43,646 bases of DNA, taken from contig JBOGFJ010000079.1 in NCBI GenBank assembly GCA_050743385.1, positions 1 through 43,646 of the forward strand. Reading direction: 5' to 3'. The stretch comes from Acidimicrobiia bacterium. GTDB taxonomy: Bacteria > Actinomycetota > Acidimicrobiia > IMCC26256 > JACDBD01. Positions 16,781-27,555 of the stretch are shown piece by piece (within the stretch, counting starts at the first letter, position 1; the number at the start of each line of letters is the position of its first letter). Under the pieces are notes generated by a model that did not search any database, was not told the origin of the DNA, and saw nothing but the letters and a program-made list of their open reading frames with translations. The translations under genes were made by a program, and so were the position numbers.

Positions 16781-16827
16781 GCGTTGGGTCGAAAGCGCGG
16801 TTATACGCCGACTTTCTGACCCAACGC
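16781..16827. terminator. Long hairpin between convergent genes; its right arm overlaps the last codons and stop of purQ
   Basis: gcgttgggtc (16781-16790) pairs perfectly with gacccaacgc (16818-16827). The stem extends with gaaag/ctttc. No obvious T-tract. Confidence 0.45.
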
Positions 16828-17508
16828 GGTGGGGGGAGAAGTGCCGCCCGCCGCCGCGAGGAGCGAGCGCAGCAGGACGGTGCCGTCGGTGGAGCCGATG
16901 AGGGCGTCGGAGGCGCGCTCGGGGTGGGGCATGAGCCCGACGACGTTGCGTCCCTCGTTGCACACGCCGGCGATCGAGTCGAGTGACCCGTTGGGATTGC
17001 TCACGTAACGCGCCACCACCCGCTCGTCGGCGCGGAGACGCTCGAGCGTGGCGGTGTCGCACACGTAGTTGCCCTCGAAGTGGTTGATCGGCAGGCGCAG
17101 CACGGCCCCCCGCTCCGCTTGGTTGGTGAGCACCGTGGTGGTCGTCTCCACGCGGCACTCGACCGTCTCGCACAGGAACTTCAGGCCTGCGTTCTTCTGC
17201 AGCGCACCCGGCAGGAGCCCGGCCTCGGTGAGCACCTGGAAGCCGTTGCAGATCCCGACCACCGGCCCGCCTGCGACCGCGAACGCCGCCAGCGCCTCCA
17301 TCACCGGCGAGAAGCGCGCGATCGCGCCGGTGCGGAGGTAGTCGCCGTGGGCGAACCCGCCCGGCACCACGACGGCGTCGACGCCGTGGAGATCGCGCTC
17401 GCCGTGCCACAACAGCTCCGCCGACCCGCCGACGTGCTCGACGGCCCAGGCGACGTCGTGCTCGCAATTCGTCCCGGGAAACAGGACGATCCCGACGCGG
17501 GCGCTCAT
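16801..17508 (-). CDS. purQ: FGAM synthase glutamine amidotransferase subunit (subunit I)
   Basis: [23 protein letters not shown]...[10 protein letters not shown]...ICNGFQVL...PHPER. ATG 17508 overlaps the purS stop (ATGA). The longer track ORF adds an Arg-rich, implausible N-terminus. Confidence 0.93.
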   Translation of the reverse strand: MSARVGIVLFPGTNCEHDVAWAVEHVGGSAELLWHGERDLHGVDAVVVPGGFAHGDYLRTGAIARFSPVMEALAAFAVAGGPVVGICNGFQVLTEAGLLPGALQKNAGLKFLCETVECRVETTTTVLTNQAERGAVLRLPINHFEGNYVCDTATLERLRADERVVARYVSNPNGSLDSIAGVCNEGRNVVGLMPHPERASDALIGSTDGTVLLRSLLAAAGGTSPPTALGQKVGV

Positions 17509-17768
17509 GTGCGGCTCAGCTCCGAGAGCTCGATCTCGTAGCCCTCGATCACGGGATTGGCGAGGAGCCGGCGACACATCTCGTCGACCTGCGCTCGGGC
17601 GACGGCCTCGTCGGACGCTTCGACGACCAGACGGATGCTCTTGCCGACGCGCACCTCGGAGACGTTGTCGTAGCCCAGGGCCGGCAGCGCCCGCTCGACC
17701 GTTGCACCCTGCGGATCGAGGATGCCGGGGAGATGTGTGATGTCGACGCGCGCCTCGAACCGGCTCAC
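17505..17768 (-). CDS. purS: FGAM synthase subunit PurS
   Basis: 87 aa. MSRFEARVDITHLPGILDPQGATVERALPALGY is typical of PurS. GTG start. Confidence 0.9.
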   Translation of the reverse strand: MSRFEARVDITHLPGILDPQGATVERALPALGYDNVSEVRVGKSIRLVVEASDEAVARAQVDEMCRRLLANPVIEGYEIELSELSRT

Positions 17769-17786
17769 TTCAACCAGCGTACCGAC

Positions 17787-18674
17787 TCAGTCCTCGACCC
17801 CGTGCCACTCGTCGAAGCTCTCGCCAGTCAGCAGCTCGTAGGCCTCGACGTAGCGAGCGCGGGTGCCGTCGATCACCGCGTCAGGGAGGCGCGGCGCCGG
17901 CGCCACCTGGTTCCACCCCGTCGACAGGTAGTGGTCGCGCACGAACTGCTTGTCGAACGACGGCGGCGACGTGCCGACCTCGTACTCCTCCACCGGCCAG
18001 TAGCGCGACGAGTCAGGCGTCAGCACCTCGTCGATCAGCAGCAGCCTGCCGTCGAACGTGCCGAACTCCAGCTTGGTGTCGGCGAGGATGACGCCGCGCG
18101 ACTCGGCGTGAGCGGCACCGAACCGGTACACGTCGAGGGTCGCCGCGCGAACCTGCTCGAACGTGTCGGCGCCGACGAGCTCGACGGCTTCGGCATCGGT
18201 GAGAGGAAGATCGTGCCCGGTCTCGGCCTTGGTGGTGGAGGTGAAGATCGGCTCGGGGAGACGCTCGGCCTGTCGCAACCCGGGTGGAAGGCGCCGGTCG
18301 TTCACGATGCCGCGCTCGTCGTACTCCGACCAGGCCGATCCGAACAGGTAGCCGCGCGCGATGCACTCGAGCCGGATCGGCTGCGTGGCGCGCACGAGCA
18401 TCGCCCGCCCGGCGACCTCGGGGCCGGCGGTCTCGGGGAAGTCGGTGGGGTCCGACGAGATCAGATGGTTGGGGAAGACCGATTGCGTGCGCTCGAACCA
18501 GAACGTCGCCAACGCCGTGAGAACCCGGCCCTTGTCGGGGATCTCGTCGTCGAGCACCACATCGAAGACGGAGATGCGGTCGGACGCGACAATCAGCATG
18601 CGGTCGTGGTCGACGTCGTAGAGGTCGCGCACCTTGCCCGTGTAGTGGTGCGGCAGGGCAATCGAACGGGTCAC
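17787..18674 (-). CDS. purC: SAICAR synthetase
   Basis: HHYTGKVRDLYDVDHDRMLIVASDRISVFD...ILADTKLEFG. GTG 18674 overlaps the purB stop (GTGA). The upstream part of the track ORF is Arg-rich and spurious. Confidence 0.93.
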   Translation of the reverse strand: MTRSIALPHHYTGKVRDLYDVDHDRMLIVASDRISVFDVVLDDEIPDKGRVLTALATFWFERTQSVFPNHLISSDPTDFPETAGPEVAGRAMLVRATQPIRLECIARGYLFGSAWSEYDERGIVNDRRLPPGLRQAERLPEPIFTSTTKAETGHDLPLTDAEAVELVGADTFEQVRAATLDVYRFGAAHAESRGVILADTKLEFGTFDGRLLLIDEVLTPDSSRYWPVEEYEVGTSPPSFDKQFVRDHYLSTGWNQVAPAPRLPDAVIDGTRARYVEAYELLTGESFDEWHGVED

Positions 18675-19966
18675 TCGCCCACGGCCTCGAATACCCGGTC
18701 GGCGTGCTCGAGGGCGCTCCCGAGGTCGAAGCAGGCCTCGAGCCGATCGGGCGAGAGCGAAGCGGTGACCTCGTCGTCTCCGCGTAGCACGTCGAGGAAC
18801 TGACGGCGCTCTTCCCACGCGCGCGCCGCATTCCGCTGCACGATGCGGTAGGCGTCGTCACGGGAGCGACCCGCCTCTACCAGGGCGAGCATGACCGGTT
18901 GGCTGAACACCAACCCGTGCGACGACTCCAGGTTGGCACGCATGCGCTCGGTACCGACGTGCATGCCCTCGACGATGCCCTCGAAGCGCACGAGCATGTA
19001 GTACGCCAGCTGCGCCGAGTCGGCGAGCACGATCCGCTCGACCGACGAGTGCGAGATGTCGCGCTCGTGCCACAGCGCGACATCTTCGAGGCCGGCCTGG
19101 AGGTTGCCCCGCAGCACCCGGGCGAGCCCGCACAGCTGCTCCGATCGCCACGGGTTGCGCTTGTGGGGCATCGCGCTCGAGCCCTTCTGGCTGCCGGCGT
19201 GGAACGGCTCCTGCACCTCCGACACCTCCGTGGTGGCCAGCAGACGCACCTCCAGCGCGAACGACTCGATCGTCGCTCCCAAGGAGGCGCAGGCATAGAG
19301 GAACTCGGCGTGCCGGTCGCGAGCGAGCACCTGGGTGGCGGGCGCAGGCTCGAGGCCGAGGCGCTCGCACACGAACGCCTCGACGGCGGGGTCGAGATTC
19401 GAGAACGTGCCAACCGCGCCGGAGAGCTTGCCGACCGCTACTGCGGACCGCGCCCGCCGCAGCCGCTCGCGATCGCGCCGCAACTGGAGCGCCCAGAGCG
19501 CGAGCTTGGAGCCGAACGTGGTCGGCTCGGCGTGGATGCCGTGCGTGCGCCCCACCATGGGTGTCGAACGGAACTCGCGCGCCCGGGCGGTGATGACGCT
19601 CTCGAGGTTGGCGCCGGCATCGAGGAGAATGTCGCACGCCCGCACCAGCGTGACCGAGAGCGCGGTGTCGACGACGTCACTGGACGTCAGACCGTGGTGC
19701 ACCCACGCCCCCGCCGGCCGGCCCACGCGCTCCTGCACCACGTCGACGAAAGCGGCGACGTCGTGGTCGGTGACCCGCTCGCGCTCGTCGACCGCGGCGG
19801 CGTCGACGCTCGCCCGCTCCCGGATGGCGGCGGCGTCTGCGGCCGGGACCACGCCGAGCTTCGCCCAGGCGTCGACCGCCAGGAGCTCGACCTCCAGCCA
19901 AGTGGCCAGACGCGCCTCGTCGGTGAACAGCTCGGCCATCTCGGGCAGGGCGTAGCGAGGGATCAA
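18671..19966 (-). CDS. purB: Adenylosuccinate lyase
   Basis: (L)[28 protein letters not shown]...GLTSSDVVDTA...SSAMPHKRNP signature. TTG 19966 is preceded by AGAAGGAG and overlaps the purD stop (TTGA). Confidence 0.92.
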   Translation of the reverse strand: MIPRYALPEMAELFTDEARLATWLEVELLAVDAWAKLGVVPAADAAAIRERASVDAAAVDERERVTDHDVAAFVDVVQERVGRPAGAWVHHGLTSSDVVDTALSVTLVRACDILLDAGANLESVITARAREFRSTPMVGRTHGIHAEPTTFGSKLALWALQLRRDRERLRRARSAVAVGKLSGAVGTFSNLDPAVEAFVCERLGLEPAPATQVLARDRHAEFLYACASLGATIESFALEVRLLATTEVSEVQEPFHAGSQKGSSAMPHKRNPWRSEQLCGLARVLRGNLQAGLEDVALWHERDISHSSVERIVLADSAQLAYYMLVRFEGIVEGMHVGTERMRANLESSHGLVFSQPVMLALVEAGRSRDDAYRIVQRNAARAWEERRQFLDVLRGDDEVTASLSPDRLEACFDLGSALEHADRVFEAVGE

Positions 19967-21261
19967 GGCGCTCCTTCTGAGACCGATTGTACGGCGGCAG
20001 CCGCGGCGATGTCGCGGCGATACTGCATGCCGGGCCACGAGATGCGGTCGCTGGCTTCGTACGCGCGCCGGCGCGCGTCGGCGAGCGTTGGCGCGAGCGC
20101 GGTGACCGCGAGCACGCGCCCACCCGCGGTCACCAGCCGGCTGTCACGTTCGGCGGTTCCGGCGTGGAACACGTTGATGCCGGGGAGGTCTTCGGCCGCG
20201 TCGACGCCCTCGATCTCGTCACCTTCCCTCTTCGTCACCGGATAGCCCTCGGTGGCGAGCACCACGGTGACGCAGGCGTCGTGGCCGAAGGCGACGTCGA
20301 GATCGGAGCGACCGGTTGCGGCGTCGTGGCAGAGCCGGGCGAAGTCGCCCGCGAACCGGGGCAGCACCACCTGGGCTTCGGGGTCGCCGAAGCGCACGTT
20401 GTACTCGAGCATCTTCGGGCCGGCGGGCGTCAGCATCAGGCCGGCGTAGAGCACACCCTTGTAGGCGACGCCGCGACGCGCGAGCTCGTGGAGCGTCGGC
20501 CGCACCGACCGCTCCATGACCTCGTCGAGGAGGCCGGAGCCGGCGGCGGGAACGGGCGAGTACGCGCCCATCCCCCCGGTGTTGGGCCCGGTGTCGCCGT
20601 CGCCAATTCGCTTGAAGTCCTGCGCCGGCGCCAGCGGCCAGCCGTCATCAGTGCCGTTGCACACCACGAGCAGCGACAGCTCGGGCCCGGTGAGGCCCTC
20701 CTCGATCACAACGGTGCGGCCGGCCGCGCCGAAGGCCTCACCGGAGAGGTAGCGGCGCACGGCGTCACGGGCGTCGGCGATCGACTCGGTCACGAGCACG
20801 CCCTTCCCCGCGGCGAGCCCATCGGTCTTCACGACGTAGAGGCCCGGCAGCTGCTCGAGGAACGCGAGCGCCTTGTCCTCCTCCCCCGCGCCGAACGATG
20901 CGTACCGCGCGGTCGGCACGCCGGCGTCGGAGAGCACCTCCTTCATCCATGCCTTGGAGCCCTCGAGGCGGGCCCCGTCGGCGGTGGGACCGAACGCGGC
21001 GAGGCCACGGGCCTCGACCGCGTCGACGACGCCGCGTACGAGCGGCTCCTCCGCGCTCACCACGACGACGTCGACGTCGAGGTCGTCGGCGAGCTGCGCC
21101 ACGGCCCCCGGGTCGTTGGCGTCGACCGAGTGGCAGTCGGCGACCGCGGCGATGCCGGGGTTGCCCGGCGCGCACCAGACCGACTCGACCGACGGGGACG
21201 ACGCGATCCGCCACGTGAGCGCGTGGGCGCGCCCGTCGGACCCGAGAACCAGGACGTTCAC
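19963..21261 (-). CDS. purD: Phosphoribosylamine-glycine ligase
   Basis: [19 protein letters not shown]...[13 protein letters not shown]...[15 protein letters not shown] 21261 overlaps the purA stop (GTGA). Confidence 0.93.
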   Translation of the reverse strand: MNVLVLGSDGRAHALTWRIASSPSVESVWCAPGNPGIAAVADCHSVDANDPGAVAQLADDLDVDVVVVSAEEPLVRGVVDAVEARGLAAFGPTADGARLEGSKAWMKEVLSDAGVPTARYASFGAGEEDKALAFLEQLPGLYVVKTDGLAAGKGVLVTESIADARDAVRRYLSGEAFGAAGRTVVIEEGLTGPELSLLVVCNGTDDGWPLAPAQDFKRIGDGDTGPNTGGMGAYSPVPAAGSGLLDEVMERSVRPTLHELARRGVAYKGVLYAGLMLTPAGPKMLEYNVRFGDPEAQVVLPRFAGDFARLCHDAATGRSDLDVAFGHDACVTVVLATEGYPVTKREGDEIEGVDAAEDLPGINVFHAGTAERDSRLVTAGGRVLAVTALAPTLADARRRAYEASDRISWPGMQYRRDIAAAAAVQSVSEGAP

Positions 21262-22550
21262 GCGGCGCGGGGAAGCACGACCGTCTGCTCGCGGGACGGG
21301 CCCACGGACACGAACGTCACGGGGACGCCGGCCAGCTCCTCGACGAATCGCACGTAGTCGCGCGCGGCCGACGGCAGGTCGTCGATGCGGGCGGCGCCGT
21401 CGATCTCGCTTCCCCACCCCGGCACGGTCTCGTACACCGGCCGCACCTTGTGCAACACCGACTGGTGGTAGGGCACGTGCTCGTAACGGGTGCCGTCGTC
21501 ACCCTCGTAGGCGACGCACACCTTGATCTCGGGGTACGGCGCCAGCACGTCGAGCTTGGTGATCGCGATCTCGGTGCAGGTGTTGAGGCGCACGGCCTGG
21601 CGCAGCATCACGGCGTCGAGCCAGCCCGGGCGGCGGCGACGGCCGGTGTTGGTGCCGAACTCGCCGCCCCGCTCGACGAGAAGATCGCCGTCAGCGTCAC
21701 CCTCGGCCAGCTCGGTGGGGAACGGGCCCGAGCCCACGCGGGTCACGTACGCCTTGGTGACACCGACGATGCGGTCAATAGCACGCGGGCCGACTCCCGC
21801 GCCCGTGCACACGCCGCCGCTGACGGGGTTGCTCGACGTGACGAACGGATACGTACCGTGGTCGAGGTCGAGGTACGTCGCCTGCGCGCCCTCGAACAGC
21901 ACCCGCTGTCCGGCCTCGAGCGCCTCGTGGAGCATGTGCACGGTGTCGGCGATCAGCGGCTCGAGACGCGGTGTCATCGCAAGGTAGCGGGCGCAGATCT
22001 CCTCGGCGTCGAGTGGGAGCCGGTTGTAGACCTTGGCGAGCACTCCGTTCTTCTCCCGCAATACGAGATCGAGCTTCTGTCGGAAGATCTTGGGATCGAG
22101 CAGGTCTTGCACCCGAAGGCCGACGCGTAGCGCCTTGTCCGCGTACGCGGGCCCGATTCCGCGCTTGGTGGTCCCGAGCTTGTTCTTGCCGAGGTATCGC
22201 TCGGTCACGCGATCGAGCTCCTCGTGGTACGGCATGATCAGGTGGGCGTTGCCCGACACTCGCAGTCGGCTGGTATCGATGCCCTTGCCCTCGAGCATGT
22301 CGAGCTCCTCGACGAGCACGGCCGGGTCGACGACGACGCCGTTGCCGATCACCGGCGTGACGTAGTCGTACAGGACACCGCTCGGCACCAGCTGGAGAGC
22401 GAACACGTCGCCGTCGACAACGATCCGATGGCCTGCGTTGTGACCACCCTGGTACCGCACGACCAGCTCGCTCTCCTTGGCGAGATAGTCGGTGAAACGG
22501 CCCTTGCCCTCGTCACCCCATTGGGTGCCGACGATCACCGTGCCGGGCAC
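21258..22550 (-). CDS. purA: Adenylosuccinate synthetase
   Basis: [24 protein letters not shown]...[11 protein letters not shown]. 430 aa. GTG start with GGGAG upstream. Confidence 0.95.
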   Translation of the reverse strand: MPGTVIVGTQWGDEGKGRFTDYLAKESELVVRYQGGHNAGHRIVVDGDVFALQLVPSGVLYDYVTPVIGNGVVVDPAVLVEELDMLEGKGIDTSRLRVSGNAHLIMPYHEELDRVTERYLGKNKLGTTKRGIGPAYADKALRVGLRVQDLLDPKIFRQKLDLVLREKNGVLAKVYNRLPLDAEEICARYLAMTPRLEPLIADTVHMLHEALEAGQRVLFEGAQATYLDLDHGTYPFVTSSNPVSGGVCTGAGVGPRAIDRIVGVTKAYVTRVGSGPFPTELAEGDADGDLLVERGGEFGTNTGRRRRPGWLDAVMLRQAVRLNTCTEIAITKLDVLAPYPEIKVCVAYEGDDGTRYEHVPYHQSVLHKVRPVYETVPGWGSEIDGAARIDDLPSAARDYVRFVEELAGVPVTFVSVGPSREQTVVLPRAA

Positions 22551-22596
22551 GCACGCTCCCAGAGCGAGAGGAGAGGGTGAACGGTCGCGACTGCGA

Positions 22597-23775
22597 TCAC
22601 GTTGACGAGATCGTACTCGGAGCGCGGCGCTCGAGCACAGCCAGGTACACCGCCCGAACCGCCAGCGACCGGCGCATCTCTCCCACGATCTCCTCGAGGA
22701 ACTCTTCGCGGTACTTCGTATCGGTGAGCACCGAGATGGCGAAGTAGAACCCGGAGAAGACGGCGAGGAACCCCGCGACGCGCAAGAGCTCCTCGGTCAG
22801 GACCATGTGCCGGCCCCACAGGTCGAGCGTCGCCAGAACGTGCGGCTCGGACCCGACGAACGTCTCGATCGTCGGCTCGGTGACCACCACCATTCCGAAC
22901 CCGACGAGGAAGAGCCCGATCATCACGGTCACGAGGATCACCTGCAGACCCTGGCTGAACAGGACGACGAGGCCGACGTTCCCCCACTGCCGGTTCGACA
23001 ACGCCGGCGCCTCGACAACCGGTCTCGCGACCTCGCTCGCCACCTGTGCGACCGGAGTCTCCTCGACCCTGCCGACGACGACGTCCCACGACTCGAAGTC
23101 GGACAGCTCGTCGATCACCCTCGGCAGGCGGATCACGGCGAACAGGACACCGATGACGACGAACAAGCCCAGCACGATCCAGTAGAAGGGCCCGTCCAAC
23201 TCGTCGCTCACCTGCCACACCTCGGCGGTCAGGAAGAGGAAGGTGACGAAGAGGAGCAGCAACGGCAGGGCTCGAACGAACAGCCCGACGACCGCGTTCA
23301 GCTCGCGCACTGTCTCCGTCGCCCCCCAGCGGGTCATCGGTACCACGCCGTAGCTGGTGACCAGGTAGATGGCGCCGAGCAGACCGAGATTGACCGCTGC
23401 CGTGACAATCGCCGAGCGCCACTGGCCGCCGAACACCAGTGGGATCGCCGGTGGCGCGAGCACGAACACCGCGACCTCGAACACTCCGACGCTGTCGGGA
23501 CGCGCCAACAGCGGGCGGTGACGAAGGACGTTGGCGACCATCCACGCGCCCAGCAGGATCGCGAAGCCGACGGCGACGGCCACGGCATCGAGCCAGAGCG
23601 GGAAGCTGCGTTTGGGCGCGTTGGCCACCTCGACCAGGAAGATCAACGTCAAGACGGGCACGGCACGCGTCAGAACGTCGCGGGTCGCGCTGTAGTCGTC
23701 GATGAAGTGCGGCAGCCCGCGCCGCACGAACCAGTGTTCCGTGTCACGGACCAGCGCAGCATCGGTGACGCTCAC
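22597..23775 (-). CDS. Polytopic integral membrane protein, function unknown
   Basis: 392 aa with about 8 hydrophobic helices. G/C-rich third positions. GTG start. The stop lies 46 nt upstream of purA on the same strand. Confidence 0.75.
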   Translation of the reverse strand: MSVTDAALVRDTEHWFVRRGLPHFIDDYSATRDVLTRAVPVLTLIFLVEVANAPKRSFPLWLDAVAVAVGFAILLGAWMVANVLRHRPLLARPDSVGVFEVAVFVLAPPAIPLVFGGQWRSAIVTAAVNLGLLGAIYLVTSYGVVPMTRWGATETVRELNAVVGLFVRALPLLLLFVTFLFLTAEVWQVSDELDGPFYWIVLGLFVVIGVLFAVIRLPRVIDELSDFESWDVVVGRVEETPVAQVASEVARPVVEAPALSNRQWGNVGLVVLFSQGLQVILVTVMIGLFLVGFGMVVVTEPTIETFVGSEPHVLATLDLWGRHMVLTEELLRVAGFLAVFSGFYFAISVLTDTKYREEFLEEIVGEMRRSLAVRAVYLAVLERRAPSTISST

Positions 23776-23792
23776 GACCCCATTGTCGGTGA

Positions 23793-23835
23793 CTCGAGGC
23801 CTCGGGGTCCGGATTCCGGACTGCAGGGCCTCGAG
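23793..23835. repeat. 43-nt nested palindromic element, copy A (CTCGAGGCC-N5-GTCCGGATTCCGGAC-N5-GGCCTCGAG); probable clpB terminator
   Basis: Read directly. Lies 10 nt downstream of the clpB stop. A second copy with the same architecture is at 35587-35629. Confidence 0.85.
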
Positions 23836-23844
23836 TCTGGGGCT

Positions 23845-26421
<2,577 letters not shown>

Positions 26422-26444
26422 GGGCTCTCCTCAGGTCGGTGTTG

Positions 26445-26469
26445 AAGTTGACAACACTGGTATCAACTT
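26445..26469. promoter_or_regulatory. HAIR-like HspR operator candidate upstream of clpB (AAGTTGA-N11-TCAACTT; core TTGA-N11-TCAA)
   Basis: Perfect 7-bp inverted repeat 24-48 nt upstream of the clpB start. The core spacing is the same as the dnaK HAIR at 35045-35065. Confidence 0.55.
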
Positions 26470-26489
26470 TCCCATTCCCGCGGGCGGCC

Positions 26490-27482
26490 TCATCTCCCTT
26501 CCTCGTCCTCGTGCCAGAGGACCTCGTACACGGTCTGGTCGCCCTCGATGCCCTTGAGGCTCACCTGACGGGGCGCGCCGAAGCGGAAGTCGCCGGTATG
26601 GGCGATCTCCTTGGTGATGCCCGACGCCAGGATCTGGCCGCCGTCGGCCAGGTTGGCGATCCGGGCCGCCACGATGATGTGGCGGCCGAAAAGGTCGCCG
26701 GTGGCGTCGGCGATCGCCTCCCCGGTGTGGATGCCGATCCGGACCCTGATCTCCTCGTCGGGATGCTCGCCGGCGTGAGCGGCGAGCCGGCGCTGGACCT
26801 CGCTCGTGCAACGCACCGCCGCCCGGGCGCTCGGGAAGGTGAGCATGAACCCGTCACCCTGCGACTTGACCTCCTTCCCCCGATAGTCGCGGACCAGACC
26901 GCGCACGATGTCGTTGTGGAGGCCCAGCAGCCTGAACCAGGCGGTGTCGCCGAGCTTCATCGCCGCCTCGGTCGATCCTTCGATATCGGAGAAGACGATC
27001 GTGACCGTGCCCCCCTCGGCCTGGAGCCGGGACGCGTCGAAGGTCTCCTGCTCGGCCGCCGACGCCACCACGTCGATCGACGTCTGGCGGGCAGCGGAGC
27101 TTCCCCCGGCGCGGGCGCGCACGACCGCGGTGTCGCCCGACGCCACCACCGTCCCGCGGGACGGGCCGGCTCCGGGTGCGGCGGCGATCGCCGGCTCCTG
27201 GACCATCCGCAACTCGGTGCTCCCGAGCCGGGCGACGTCGGCCTCGGTCATCTTCGTCGGCCGCTCCAACGGCTGCCCGTTCAGGGTGGTGCCGTTGGTG
27301 CTGCCGAGATCCTCGATCGTCAGCGCGTCGCCATCCAGTCGTACCGCGGCGTGCCGTCTGGAGACCTCGGGATCCATGAGGAGGAGGCCGTCGCAGTCGC
27401 GTCCCAGCTCGAGCGCGTGCTGGATCGCGAGCACGAGCGGCTTGCGGCCCGGTTGGCGCACTTCCAGCAGTGCATAACCCAT
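26490..27482 (-). CDS. FHA-domain-containing class III adenylate cyclase
   Basis: FHA: LELGRDCDGLLLMDPEVSRRHAAV...IEDLGSTNGTTLNG. Cyclase: IVFSDIEGST, VKSQGDGFMLTF and RIGIHTGEA...LFGRHIIVAARI. ATG 27482 is preferred because the track start 27575 would overlap the divergent kinase gene. Confidence 0.85.
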   Translation of the reverse strand: MGYALLEVRQPGRKPLVLAIQHALELGRDCDGLLLMDPEVSRRHAAVRLDGDALTIEDLGSTNGTTLNGQPLERPTKMTEADVARLGSTELRMVQEPAIAAAPGAGPSRGTVVASGDTAVVRARAGGSSAARQTSIDVVASAAEQETFDASRLQAEGGTVTIVFSDIEGSTEAAMKLGDTAWFRLLGLHNDIVRGLVRDYRGKEVKSQGDGFMLTFPSARAAVRCTSEVQRRLAAHAGEHPDEEIRVRIGIHTGEAIADATGDLFGRHIIVAARIANLADGGQILASGITKEIAHTGDFRFGAPRQVSLKGIEGDQTVYEVLWHEDEEGR

Positions 27483-27555
27483 TGCAACGGGAGGATACGC
27501 TCCCCCCCGCCGGGACCTCCCGAACAGCTCGCAGGAGCGATCCGGCTCAGCCGGG

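Noticed and set aside
22551-22596. A purine or ZTP-type riboswitch leader upstream of purA.
   Set aside because: The gap to the upstream gene is only 46 nt and contains just an RBS-like GGGAG. That is too short for any known purine-responsive aptamer.
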